Origin: Candidatus Levyibacteriota bacterium | GTDB lineage: Bacteria > Patescibacteriota > Microgenomatia > Levybacterales > UBA12049 | Assembly (NCBI GenBank): GCA_016199085.1 | Contig: JACQHJ010000003.1 | Span: forward strand, 103,517 to 167,516 | Direction: 5' to 3' | DNA length: 64,000 nt | Shown: piece after piece, positions 18,480-27,395 of the stretch | How the letters are laid out: every line of letters begins with the position of its first letter | Numbering within the stretch: position 1 is the first letter of the stretch | Notes under the pieces: generated by a model | Databases searched by the model: none | Seen by the model: only the letters and a program-made list of their open reading frames with translations | What the model was told of the DNA's origin: nothing | Made by a program: the position numbers and the translations under genes

Positions 18480-19751
18480 TTAAAATACTTTTAAAAATGA
18501 CAGAATTACTGCTACCGAGGCTATAGCCATAATAACGGTAATTAGCCACCCCATTATATTCGAAACTTTTGGGTTTGTCCTGCCATTCATAATCTGTTTA
18601 TTATTGGAAATTTTCATAATAAGAATTAGAAGGATTGGCGCACATACTCCGTTTAAAATGGCAGAGTAATAAAGTATCTGGAATGGCTTAATTGGCAAAA
18701 ACCCTATCAAAAGTCCAAGCAAGGTTGCAAGTGCAATGACAAAATAAAAAGTTTTGGCTTTTGAAAACCTCTCATTAAGTCCCGTTCTCCAGCCAAAGCT
18801 TTCAGAAAGCGCATATGATGCACTTCCGGCTAAGATCGGTACTGCCAAAAGTCCAGTGCCTATAATTCCTGCAGCAAAAAGAAGGAAAGCAAAATCCCCC
18901 GCAATAGGTTTTAGGGCCAATGCTGCCTGATCGGCTGTTTCAATACTTAGTATTCCGTTTAAATGAAGCGTTGAGGCTGTTGTGATGATAATAAAAAACA
19001 TGACAATATTTGAAAAAAACATGCCAATTACGGTATCAAGCCTTAACTGACTAATATCTTTTCCTGTTATATGCGGCTTTCCTCTTCCCATACTTGCAAT
19101 TTTATGATGCTCTATCTCTTCCTCAACCTCTTCATCAGCCTGCCAGAAAAAAAGATATGGGGAAATAGTTGTACCTAAGATGGCTACGATATTAAAAAGA
19201 TACTCTTTGGAAAAATAAACAGTAGGTAGAACAGTTGATTTAAGAACATTTATCCACTCCTGTTTTATTATTATTGCGGCAAAGATATATGAAAAAAGAG
19301 CAAATGTAAGATATTTAAGAAGACGGGCATAAACTGCGTAAGAAACAAAAACCTCTAGGGTAATTGTCGTAACAGTTAAAACAATCAGCCAAAAGACATA
19401 AGGGATATCAAATATTAGTTTTGCCGATGCCGCCATTGCCGATAAATCAGCGGCGATGTTTATAGTATTGGCAAAAAACAAAACAAATACTGCTCCATAT
19501 AAAATCCATTTTGAATAGTATCTTCTAATAATCCCAGAAAGACCCATTCCGGTAGCAAGACCGATGCGACCACAAATCTCCTGAATGACGGTCATAAAAG
19601 GAAATGTGAAAAGTGCGGTCCAGGCCTGGGAATAGCCAAACATTGCTCCTGTTTGGGAATATGCTGCTATACCTGAGGGATCGTCGTCTGCGGCACCTGT
19701 GATAAACCCAGGACCTAAAACTTTTAATAGCTTTTTCAATTTTTCTTTCAT
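18480..19751 (-). CDS. mntH: NRAMP-family divalent metal (Mn2+/Fe2+) transporter
   Basis: GPGFITGAADDDPSGIAAYSQTGAMFGY is the Nramp signature. Multi-TM protein. Confidence 0.85.
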   Translation of the reverse strand: MKEKLKKLLKVLGPGFITGAADDDPSGIAAYSQTGAMFGYSQAWTALFTFPFMTVIQEICGRIGLATGMGLSGIIRRYYSKWILYGAVFVLFFANTINIAADLSAMAASAKLIFDIPYVFWLIVLTVTTITLEVFVSYAVYARLLKYLTFALFSYIFAAIIIKQEWINVLKSTVLPTVYFSKEYLFNIVAILGTTISPYLFFWQADEEVEEEIEHHKIASMGRGKPHITGKDISQLRLDTVIGMFFSNIVMFFIIITTASTLHLNGILSIETADQAALALKPIAGDFAFLLFAAGIIGTGLLAVPILAGSASYALSESFGWRTGLNERFSKAKTFYFVIALATLLGLLIGFLPIKPFQILYYSAILNGVCAPILLILIMKISNNKQIMNGRTNPKVSNIMGWLITVIMAIASVAVILSFLKVF

Positions 19752-20126
19752 TTAAAGCCCACTACAAATCCTCTCGCATGTGCTTTTCAACTGGCTTTTA
19801 GGAAGATCCTTGAGAGACTTTAAATCATTAATTAGTTTCTGAACCTGGGGGGAAGAACTGGCAATTTCTGCAACATCTAAGCTTTCCGCCTGAGTTTTTA
19901 AGTTATTAACATTTTCGGAAATACTTTGCTTAATATTACTTGAGAACTCAGCTGTGTTTAAGCCTTTTACGTTTTCTTTTGGTTTTTGGGCAGGAGGTTT
20001 ATAATCCGGTGGAAAAACTGAATTTTTAACCTGAATTGCTGTTACTATGACAAGAACTGCGATAACTATTGTGGCTATTATTTTCTTCTTATCCCAGGCG
20101 ATTTCTTCTTTTTCTATCTTTCTCAT
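19752..20126 (-). CDS. Hypothetical membrane-anchored protein
   Basis: 124 aa with an N-terminal TM. Abuts mntH. Confidence 0.35.
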   Translation of the reverse strand: MRKIEKEEIAWDKKKIIATIVIAVLVIVTAIQVKNSVFPPDYKPPAQKPKENVKGLNTAEFSSNIKQSISENVNNLKTQAESLDVAEIASSSPQVQKLINDLKSLKDLPKSQLKSTCERICSGL

Positions 20127-20169
20127 GCAATAATTGTAGGCAATTTAGACCCTCTTTGCAAACAAAATA

Positions 20170-20961
20170 ATGGTATATAATATTCCTATGGACTTTTTAC
20201 AGGCGATTATTTTGTCTGTTGTTGAGGGAATTACAGAATTTCTGCCAATATCTTCAACCGGACACCTTATTTTAGCCTCAAATCTTCTAAATATTCCCCA
20301 GACTGAGTTTGTCAAAGATTTTGAAATAGTAATCCAGCTTGGAGCAATACTTTCCATAGTTTTCTTGTATTTTGGGCGCTTTATGCAAAGCAGTCAGATT
20401 TGGAAAAAGATTTTAGCAGCTTTCATACCGACCGCTGTTGTCGGATTTATTCTTTTTAAGTTTATAAAAGAGTTTCTTTTAGGAAATCTTTATATAACTC
20501 TTTTTGCCTTATTCGTTGGAGGTATTTTATTAATTCTCTTAGAACTTTTGTATAAAGAAAAGGAACACCATGTAGATTCTATAGAGGAAATTCCGCTTAG
20601 AAATGCCTTTTTAATAGGACTATTTCAGGCAATCGCCGTAATACCAGGAGTCTCAAGATCAGCATCGACAATTGTTACAGCGCTTTTCCTTGGAACTAAG
20701 AGAAAAGCAGCGGCGGAGTTTTCTTTCTTACTTGCAGTTCCGACAATGCTTGCTGCAACTTTACTTGATATAACAAAAAGTAATTTTTCTTTTAACGAAG
20801 GCCAGTGGACGATTTTGGCAACAGGATTTGTAGGATCATTTATCGTAGCTGTTATCGTAGTTAAGCTTTTCTTAAGATACTTACAAAACCATAGCTTTAT
20901 TTCTTTTGGAATTTATAGAATTGTCGTAAGTTTAATATTTTGGTATATTCTTATCAAATGA
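20170..20961 (+). CDS. uppP: Undecaprenyl-diphosphatase
   Basis: VVEGITEFLPISSTGHL and PGVSRSASTI are BacA/UppP motifs. Confidence 0.9.
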   Translation: MVYNIPMDFLQAIILSVVEGITEFLPISSTGHLILASNLLNIPQTEFVKDFEIVIQLGAILSIVFLYFGRFMQSSQIWKKILAAFIPTAVVGFILFKFIKEFLLGNLYITLFALFVGGILLILLELLYKEKEHHVDSIEEIPLRNAFLIGLFQAIAVIPGVSRSASTIVTALFLGTKRKAAAEFSFLLAVPTMLAATLLDITKSNFSFNEGQWTILATGFVGSFIVAVIVVKLFLRYLQNHSFISFGIYRIVVSLIFWYILIK

Positions 20962-21260
20962 ACACGTTTGAAAGCATATATGACATTGTTGCAAAAATCC
21001 CCAAAGGAAAAGTGACTACTTATGGTGCAATTTCCAAACTCTTGTCAATTGACCCAAGAGTTGTTGGTTTTGCGCTGCATGCCAATAAAGATCCCGAAAA
21101 TATCCCCTGTCACAGGGTCATAAATTCAAAAGGTAAAATTTCTGCGGGTTTTGCATTTGGAGGACCAGATATTCAACAGCAAATGCTTGAAAAAGAAGGA
21201 GTAGAATTTGATAAGGGAAAAGGGGTAGATTTAAATAAGTTTGGCTATTTTTTATCCTGA
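20940..21260 (+). CDS. Methylated-DNA-protein-cysteine methyltransferase (MGMT/Ogt) DNA-binding and active-site domain only
   Basis: TYGAISKLL...IPCHRVINSKGKISAGF carries the PCHRV active-site motif. At 106 aa it lacks the N-terminal domain. Overlaps uppP by 22 nt. Confidence 0.7.
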   Translation: MVYSYQMNTFESIYDIVAKIPKGKVTTYGAISKLLSIDPRVVGFALHANKDPENIPCHRVINSKGKISAGFAFGGPDIQQQMLEKEGVEFDKGKGVDLNKFGYFLS

Positions 21261-21586
21261 TTTTCCTTAACCTTTTTAACGTCTTCCAATAATTCTTTAG
21301 TCACCCTATCAATTTCTTTTTTGAGTTTTTCCTCAATATCGTTAACTTTTGTCTTTAGATGAGAAAGAGTTTGTTCATGATTTTCCAAAGCTAAGTTTTT
21401 CAAAAATGTCTTTTTATCTTCTTCGCTTAACTGACTTAGAGTCTTTGAGACAACGGTGCTATGAATATTTGCTTCGACTAAGGAAAGTAGATGGACTCTT
21501 TCCTCACTTGTCACATCAAGGGAAGCTAACTCCAAAGTAATATGGGTAGTTTCTACTAAATGTGAATAAAAATGTTTTGTTTTCAT
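21245..21586 (-). CDS. Hypothetical coiled-coil protein
   Basis: 113 aa, charged and helical. No recognisable motif. Confidence 0.3.
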   Translation of the reverse strand: MKTKHFYSHLVETTHITLELASLDVTSEERVHLLSLVEANIHSTVVSKTLSQLSEEDKKTFLKNLALENHEQTLSHLKTKVNDIEEKLKKEIDRVTKELLEDVKKVKENQDKK

Positions 21587-21593
21587 ATGCTTA

Positions 21594-22466
21594 TTATAAA
21601 CTAACTGGTCCCAAAGGTACCTTATTTTCCGGATCGTCTACGAAAAAGTACAAAACAGGACCTTTTCCTCTTCCGTCTACTCTTTCTAAATACCTCATTA
21701 CTTCGGGAGACCCTCCCAGTTGCTTACCCGTCCAGGCAGCGGGACCTGAATCACCGATTACGGCAACGACTGCTTTACCGTTTTGGGGATTAACAACCAG
21801 CATTTTCCTGTATTTATAAAAATCCATATATTCTTTTGTCTTTTCGTTAAATCCGGGAGAAAGAAAAGTCTGTACCGCAATGTAATATTTTTCTCTTAAA
21901 TTATCCTCCCCAGTCATCTCTGACCTTGAATTGGCAAAATACCTGAATGCTCCAAGACCCGGAGCCATGCCATAGCTACCAAATTCCAAAGCTTCCTGTG
22001 GGGTATCAAAGTGCATAAACATATTGTCACCCGGAAATCTAGCCAAATGCTGCTCCTGACCAATATAGCCATATTGGGAATTTAGTCTTTTACCTGAAAG
22101 CTGTGCAATCGCATTGATACCAAACGTTCTTGCAAATACCTCAGAGACTTTACTTTCCTCATCCGTCGTTAACGGTCTTACGTCAGGAGGCAAGACGCTT
22201 TTTAGATCGTAGACTAAAAAAACTCGCTTATCCACAGGCTGGGGATTTGTCACCTCTGCCGAAAAAGAAGCTGGAATCTGCGGGATTATGGGAGATGTTA
22301 ATAAGAAAAGCCCGGTAATTGAGCCAACGGCTAATTGCTTTGAATTATTCTCCAGCCAATCAAAAGCTTCTTTGTGTTTATCAAATATTTCCTTTTGAAG
22401 ATTACTATGCTTTTGACCCCACTTTTGCAAAAGCTTTTGATAATGAATACTTTTACCCTGAAGCAT
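21594..22466 (-). CDS. Membrane-anchored protein with a C-terminal RlpA-like double-psi beta-barrel (DPBB) domain
   Basis: LVVNPQNGKAVVAVIGDSGPAAWTGKQLGGSPEVMRYL resembles the RlpA DPBB core (...TNLENGRSVVVRVNDRGPF...IDLSRAAA). Confidence 0.5.
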   Translation of the reverse strand: MLQGKSIHYQKLLQKWGQKHSNLQKEIFDKHKEAFDWLENNSKQLAVGSITGLFLLTSPIIPQIPASFSAEVTNPQPVDKRVFLVYDLKSVLPPDVRPLTTDEESKVSEVFARTFGINAIAQLSGKRLNSQYGYIGQEQHLARFPGDNMFMHFDTPQEALEFGSYGMAPGLGAFRYFANSRSEMTGEDNLREKYYIAVQTFLSPGFNEKTKEYMDFYKYRKMLVVNPQNGKAVVAVIGDSGPAAWTGKQLGGSPEVMRYLERVDGRGKGPVLYFFVDDPENKVPLGPVSL

Positions 22467-22489
22467 ACTTAAATCATAACAAATTTAGT

Positions 22490-24235
22490 CTACTTAACAA
22501 AACTGTAGATAAAAGTCTGCCCAAAGTTTTCAAAAAACAAAAGATTTGGATTATTATTTAACCGCCTTATTACGTAATCTCCGTCACCTAAAAGATAATG
22601 CTTATTTTTACTCAAAGCGTTGTATTCGTCCCTATTGACAACTATAAAGTTAACTCCCATTCCTTTTATTTTTGCCAAAGATTCATCGCTTGGAAAGTTT
22701 TTAAATAAAAACAGTACGTCTTCCTGCCATTTTTTTGGTGAAAAACCGCTGTAGCCGTTAACGACTTTTCTAAAGCTTTTTGTATAGAAATATTCCCTTT
22801 CAAGCTCAATATATGAATTAGGACTGTTCCAGTTATAGATTGGCATGATAATAAACTTTGAATCTTTAGAAGTTGTATTCATCCATCCATAAACACTTGG
22901 GAAATTATTTTTTGCTAAAACAGGATAAAATCTCATGGGAAAATTATATTCTGCAACTATACCTACAATTAAAATCAGGTAAATCACCCAAGACTTTTTA
23001 AAGTTTTTTAATATCAAAGGAAGAATTAGGGCAATTAAGATAGCCATACAAAAGATAAAAAGCATTTCCCATCTGGCTGAATTTCTAAAACCGTTAAAGC
23101 CTGGAATTATGTAATAAAAAAGTGCATAAGGCAAAATAACGGGAAACGGACTATGAATTGTCTGCCTAGCTAAATGAAGAGCAGGACCAAGGCTTAATAT
23201 AATACCTAAAATACCTGTTGTTAAAAAGCTTTTTTCAAAAATACCAATTTTTTGAAATCTTTTGATGCAATAAAAAATGACAAAGATAGATACCAAGCTA
23301 AATACCAAGCCTATATATCCTGGCTTTAACTCGTCGGTTCTTGAATACTTTTGAGCATTCGATATATTTAAAAGTAAAGGTTCTAGGATAGTGTGCTCGC
23401 TTGGGTAAATTAAGTCTTCGGGTTGAAGCGCAAAGTGAATAGAATCTCTGATATCCCTTTGTGCTTCGTATTCTTTATTAACATCCAAATACGGTTTTGC
23501 AATTATAAAACAAAGTATTAAGACCGAAAAGATAAGCAAAGCCGTTTTCCTATTAATAAGTTTTTTAATAATTTTTCTATCTTTAAAGTAAAGAAAAAGT
23601 AAATATATACAAAAAAAGAATAATAAAAAGTATGCAGGCAAAAAACTGTTATAAAACTGCAGGACAAAGAAAACCAAGGATAAAAAAAGAAAACGCACTT
23701 TAAAGTTTTTGGTAAAGATAATAAAAAACAAAATTGAAAGCGGAATCCATTGGATAGAAAGCATTTGTAAATGGGTTTTCTTATCCAAAAATGCCGGTGA
23801 GAAAATTATAAGTAATCCCGAGACTATTGCTGCCCAAAAATTCTTGGTTAAATAGAAAGATAATAGAAAGGTAAAAAAACCAACCATAAAGATTGAGGAA
23901 ATAAAAGTAAAATTAACGACTGCAATAGGTTGATTAATTAACCAAAGAGGAATAATGGAAAAAACAGCTGAAGTAATAAAAGTTTCTGAATATGCAAGAG
24001 AATTTATATAAGGAAAATAGATGTTGGCATTAAACAAGGACAAAGGATCGGTAAATAAAGAGTGGATTACCCAATTCATTATCCAAGCCTCAAGATATTG
24101 ATCACCGTAACCCGTCGTAAGCTTTCCCAAATTAAAAATAAGAGGATAGGTAATATAAATTGCACTAAGAAGAAAAATTGCAACTGCAATTATAACCTTA
24201 GAATGTTTTTGGATAAATTCTTTTAACCAAGACAT
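22490..24235 (-). CDS. Large polytopic membrane protein (GT-C-like; possible glycosyltransferase/YfhO-like), function unknown
   Basis: More than 10 predicted TMs with a soluble C-terminal domain. The start is trimmed to the internal MSWLKEF to avoid a 70-nt overlap with serC. Confidence 0.45.
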   Translation of the reverse strand: MSWLKEFIQKHSKVIIAVAIFLLSAIYITYPLIFNLGKLTTGYGDQYLEAWIMNWVIHSLFTDPLSLFNANIYFPYINSLAYSETFITSAVFSIIPLWLINQPIAVVNFTFISSIFMVGFFTFLLSFYLTKNFWAAIVSGLLIIFSPAFLDKKTHLQMLSIQWIPLSILFFIIFTKNFKVRFLFLSLVFFVLQFYNSFLPAYFLLFFFCIYLLFLYFKDRKIIKKLINRKTALLIFSVLILCFIIAKPYLDVNKEYEAQRDIRDSIHFALQPEDLIYPSEHTILEPLLLNISNAQKYSRTDELKPGYIGLVFSLVSIFVIFYCIKRFQKIGIFEKSFLTTGILGIILSLGPALHLARQTIHSPFPVILPYALFYYIIPGFNGFRNSARWEMLFIFCMAILIALILPLILKNFKKSWVIYLILIVGIVAEYNFPMRFYPVLAKNNFPSVYGWMNTTSKDSKFIIMPIYNWNSPNSYIELEREYFYTKSFRKVVNGYSGFSPKKWQEDVLFLFKNFPSDESLAKIKGMGVNFIVVNRDEYNALSKNKHYLLGDGDYVIRRLNNNPNLLFFENFGQTFIYSFVK

Positions 24236-24242
24236 TGAATAT

Positions 24243-25328
24243 TTAGGCAAATTCGGACAGTATCTTAATAAGAGTTTTAACTTGCAAAAGAGTATGTGCG
24301 GGAAAATTTCCAATCCTTACTTGTTTTTGTTTATTTTCACCATATCCGCTTCCTAAAATTATTCCTCTTTTTCTGCAAAAGGAAATTAAATCAAGTGAAT
24401 TTCCCTTGATCTTTGCTACAATTGTTGTCTTGGAACGAAGGCTCTTTTCGTTCACCAATGGAGATAAAATCTTACTTTTATCTAAAAAGCCATAAAGAAT
24501 ATCTGCTTTTTTAATTGTTTCTTTTCTTAATCTTTGTATCCCATATTTTCCCATATCTTTTAATACCCCATTTAAAAGAAATATCGCCAACACATTGGGT
24601 GTCTCTGGAGTTTCAGATTTTAAACTATATGAATAAAGAGTTGGGAGGTTGTGATATGAACCGATATCTTTTCCCAAATCCAAAAGTTTTTGGGATTTTT
24701 TTAGTGCTTTATCGCTTATTACGAGCACTCCAAGGCCTGCAGGTAATCCAAAACCTTTCTGAACTGAGAAAAATACATTATCAAGATATTTATATTCTAA
24801 GTCCCCAAAAGGAACTCCTGATACAAAGTCTACGGCAATGAGTAAGTTTTTATTTTTTCTTTTAAGATCATAAATTTTATCCATTGGAAAAACTATTCCG
24901 CTACTGGTATCGTTTTGGGTAACACATAAAAGCTCTATTTTGGAAAGATCAATTTCTTTTAATTTGTCTTCATCCAGCCCTTTTCCAAATTCTGCGGAAA
25001 TTTTGACTGGTTTTTTCCCCAAGTCTTTTGCTATATTAAAAAACTTTTCTCCAAAAGCTCCCGTTATAAGATGCAAGCTATTTTCCAAAACCAGATTATT
25101 AATACTTATTTCCATTCCTTCAGTTCCTGAAGAGATGAAAAATACATGAAAGTCTTGAGGGATATTCAAAAGTTTCTTAAGTAAAGCTACATTTTCCAAA
25201 AACAGTTGGTGAAAGAAATCACCCCTGTGGGAAATAGATAACACATCCTCATTAACTGCCTTTAATAAATGTTTTTGTACGCTTTTATAGTTTTGCGAAG
25301 GCCCTACCGTAAAAAAAACTTTTTTCAT
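24243..25328 (-). CDS. serC: Phosphoserine aminotransferase
   Basis: FTVGPS...SISHRGDFF...FHVFF and the PLP-lysine region QKGFGLPAGLGVLVI align to E. coli SerC. Confidence 0.8.
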   Translation of the reverse strand: MKKVFFTVGPSQNYKSVQKHLLKAVNEDVLSISHRGDFFHQLFLENVALLKKLLNIPQDFHVFFISSGTEGMEISINNLVLENSLHLITGAFGEKFFNIAKDLGKKPVKISAEFGKGLDEDKLKEIDLSKIELLCVTQNDTSSGIVFPMDKIYDLKRKNKNLLIAVDFVSGVPFGDLEYKYLDNVFFSVQKGFGLPAGLGVLVISDKALKKSQKLLDLGKDIGSYHNLPTLYSYSLKSETPETPNVLAIFLLNGVLKDMGKYGIQRLRKETIKKADILYGFLDKSKILSPLVNEKSLRSKTTIVAKIKGNSLDLISFCRKRGIILGSGYGENKQKQVRIGNFPAHTLLQVKTLIKILSEFA

Positions 25329-25329
25329 G

Positions 25330-27222
25330 TTAATAAAGTAATCTAAATTTTATTGTTTCTTCAATATTTTTAAGCTTAGTTTGTAAGTCATTTGAATATT
25401 CTTTGTTGATATCGGTAATTACACACCCAATTATATCATTTGTGCCTAAGATTTGGTTTTCAATATTTGCACCCGTTTCGGAAAGAGCTGTATTTATCTT
25501 TGCCAAAACCCCAGGAACATTTTTATGTATATGTATGAGTCTGTGAATTTTTTGCATTTGAGAAAGATTAAGGTTTGGAAAATTAACCGACAAAGTAGTA
25601 TTTCCAAGATCGATAAAATCTATCAGTTTTTTACCAACAAACTCTCCGATATCTTCTTGTGCTTCCTCCGTGCTTCCTCCGATGTGAGGAGTAAGAATAA
25701 CATTGGGTAAATTTCTAAGAAGGGAGTTAAATTTTTCACCATTGCCGTTTGGCTCATTGGGAAAAACATCCACGGCAGCACCCTTAATTTTTCCATTAAC
25801 AATATATTTATGCAAAGCTTGAATATCTACTATAAATCCCCTGCTCAAATTTAAGAATATCACTCCGTCCTTCATTTGCTTAAATTCTTTTTCACCAATT
25901 AAGTTTTGATTTGATTTTCTCCCATCTACATGTATCGCTATAACATCACTTATTTGTAAAAGCTCCAAAAGAGTCTGACATTTTCTTACGTTTCCAACTG
26001 CCAATTTCTCAACTATGTCATAAAAATAAACTTCCATACCTAAAGCTTGGGCGATAATTCCAAGTTGTGTACCTATATTTCCGTAGCCGACTATTCCCAA
26101 ACGTTTTCCCCTTACTTCATGACTTCCCTTTGCCGACTTATCCCAAACTCCACTATGTAACTTGTTACTTTTTTCAATTACGTTTCTAAAAAGAACTATT
26201 ATTTCCGCAATCGTAAGCTCGACTACGCTTTTGGTATTACTGTAAGGCGCATTAAAAACAACTATCCCTTTTTTCGTACATTCCAAAAGATCAATCTTAT
26301 CAGTACCTATACAAAACGCGCCTATGGCAATTAGTTTCGGGGCATTTTCTAAGACTTTTTTTGAAACAGCGGTCTTTGATCTGACACCAAGTATTGAAAC
26401 ATCTTTAATTTTTTCTATCAATGTTTTTTCATCCAAAGCATTTTCCAATAACTCGACAGTATATCCCTGGTCTTTAAATTTCTTAACTGCAGATTTATCT
26501 ATATTTTCAGTTAATAAAACCTTCATCTTGCTTTTTGGATAAGACAGAGCCCTTGGAAGACCGAGGGAAAACAAAAATTCATCAAAACTGTTAACTGTTA
26601 AATCAGCTTTTTTAACTACGTTTTCTCTTGTTACATTTTCGCAAAAGGCAACAAATTTTACTTTTTTATCTAATTTCTTTATCTCAAAATCCGTATATCC
26701 GTCTCCTAAAACAAATACATTTCCTTCTAAATGCAATGATTTTACGGCTCTTGCCTTACCGTTTTCTTGAGATAAAATATTTTTCTTATCAAATCCCAAT
26801 ACCTTATTGTTTTTTATAATGAAACTATTAGAAAGAATATGGTTTTCCAAAACACCAAACCTTTTTACAACAGGGTAAATATATTCTTTAAATCCTCCTG
26901 AAATAATATAAATACTATTTCTATTTTCCTTAAAAAACTCCTTGTTTCTTTCAATGGAAGGTGTAATTTTTGCTTTAAGATGTTTTATTAGTTTTTCTAT
27001 ATCTTTTTTTTCTATTTTTAGAAGAGACAATCTTTTTGATAAAGACTTTGAAAACTTTATTTTCCCTTCCATACCTAAGGCGGTAGTTTTCTTAATTTCC
27101 GAAGTAATTCTGTCTTTATTTAAATTACCCTTAAGAACAATCTCTGAGAGTTCGTCGATTGCCTCAGTTTGAATAAAAGTGCTGTCAAAATCAATTATGT
27201 AATAGTTTTTCATTTTTACCAT
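25330..27222 (-). CDS. serA: Fusion protein: N-terminal HAD phosphoserine phosphatase (SerB-like) + D-3-phosphoglycerate dehydrogenase (SerA) + C-terminal ACT domain
   Basis: N-terminal IIDFDSTF (DxDxT) HAD motif. The central 2-hydroxyacid dehydrogenase has GIVGYGNIGTQ and GAFCIGTDKIDL. The C-terminus ends in an ACT-like segment. Confidence 0.75.
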   Translation of the reverse strand: MVKMKNYYIIDFDSTFIQTEAIDELSEIVLKGNLNKDRITSEIKKTTALGMEGKIKFSKSLSKRLSLLKIEKKDIEKLIKHLKAKITPSIERNKEFFKENRNSIYIISGGFKEYIYPVVKRFGVLENHILSNSFIIKNNKVLGFDKKNILSQENGKARAVKSLHLEGNVFVLGDGYTDFEIKKLDKKVKFVAFCENVTRENVVKKADLTVNSFDEFLFSLGLPRALSYPKSKMKVLLTENIDKSAVKKFKDQGYTVELLENALDEKTLIEKIKDVSILGVRSKTAVSKKVLENAPKLIAIGAFCIGTDKIDLLECTKKGIVVFNAPYSNTKSVVELTIAEIIVLFRNVIEKSNKLHSGVWDKSAKGSHEVRGKRLGIVGYGNIGTQLGIIAQALGMEVYFYDIVEKLAVGNVRKCQTLLELLQISDVIAIHVDGRKSNQNLIGEKEFKQMKDGVIFLNLSRGFIVDIQALHKYIVNGKIKGAAVDVFPNEPNGNGEKFNSLLRNLPNVILTPHIGGSTEEAQEDIGEFVGKKLIDFIDLGNTTLSVNFPNLNLSQMQKIHRLIHIHKNVPGVLAKINTALSETGANIENQILGTNDIIGCVITDINKEYSNDLQTKLKNIEETIKFRLLY

Positions 27223-27223
27223 T

Positions 27224-27245
27224 AAAAAACCTCCCTTTTGGGAGG
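27224..27245 (-). terminator. Rho-independent terminator after secA (cctccc-tttt-gggagg + U6 on the minus strand), abutting the serB/serA start
   Basis: Hairpin and T-run read directly from sequence. Confidence 0.55.
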
Positions 27246-27395
27246 TTCTGTTTGTTATTTACTTTCTTCTACAACACCATAAACCTCCCAAAGTTCAAAT
27301 CGGAACTTGAGGAAGGTGAAAAATTATTGTTAACGTCAACTCTGCTATTCATGTTTTTATTATACAAAATTAACTGCTTATGTCAACAAAGAATC

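Noticed and set aside
22490-24313. N-terminal 26 codons of the large membrane-protein ORF (MEIFPHILFCKLKLLLRYCPNLPKYS)
   Set aside because: This extension overlaps serC by 70 nt. The internal ATG (MSWLKEF) gives a sensible non-overlapping start, so the extension was trimmed.
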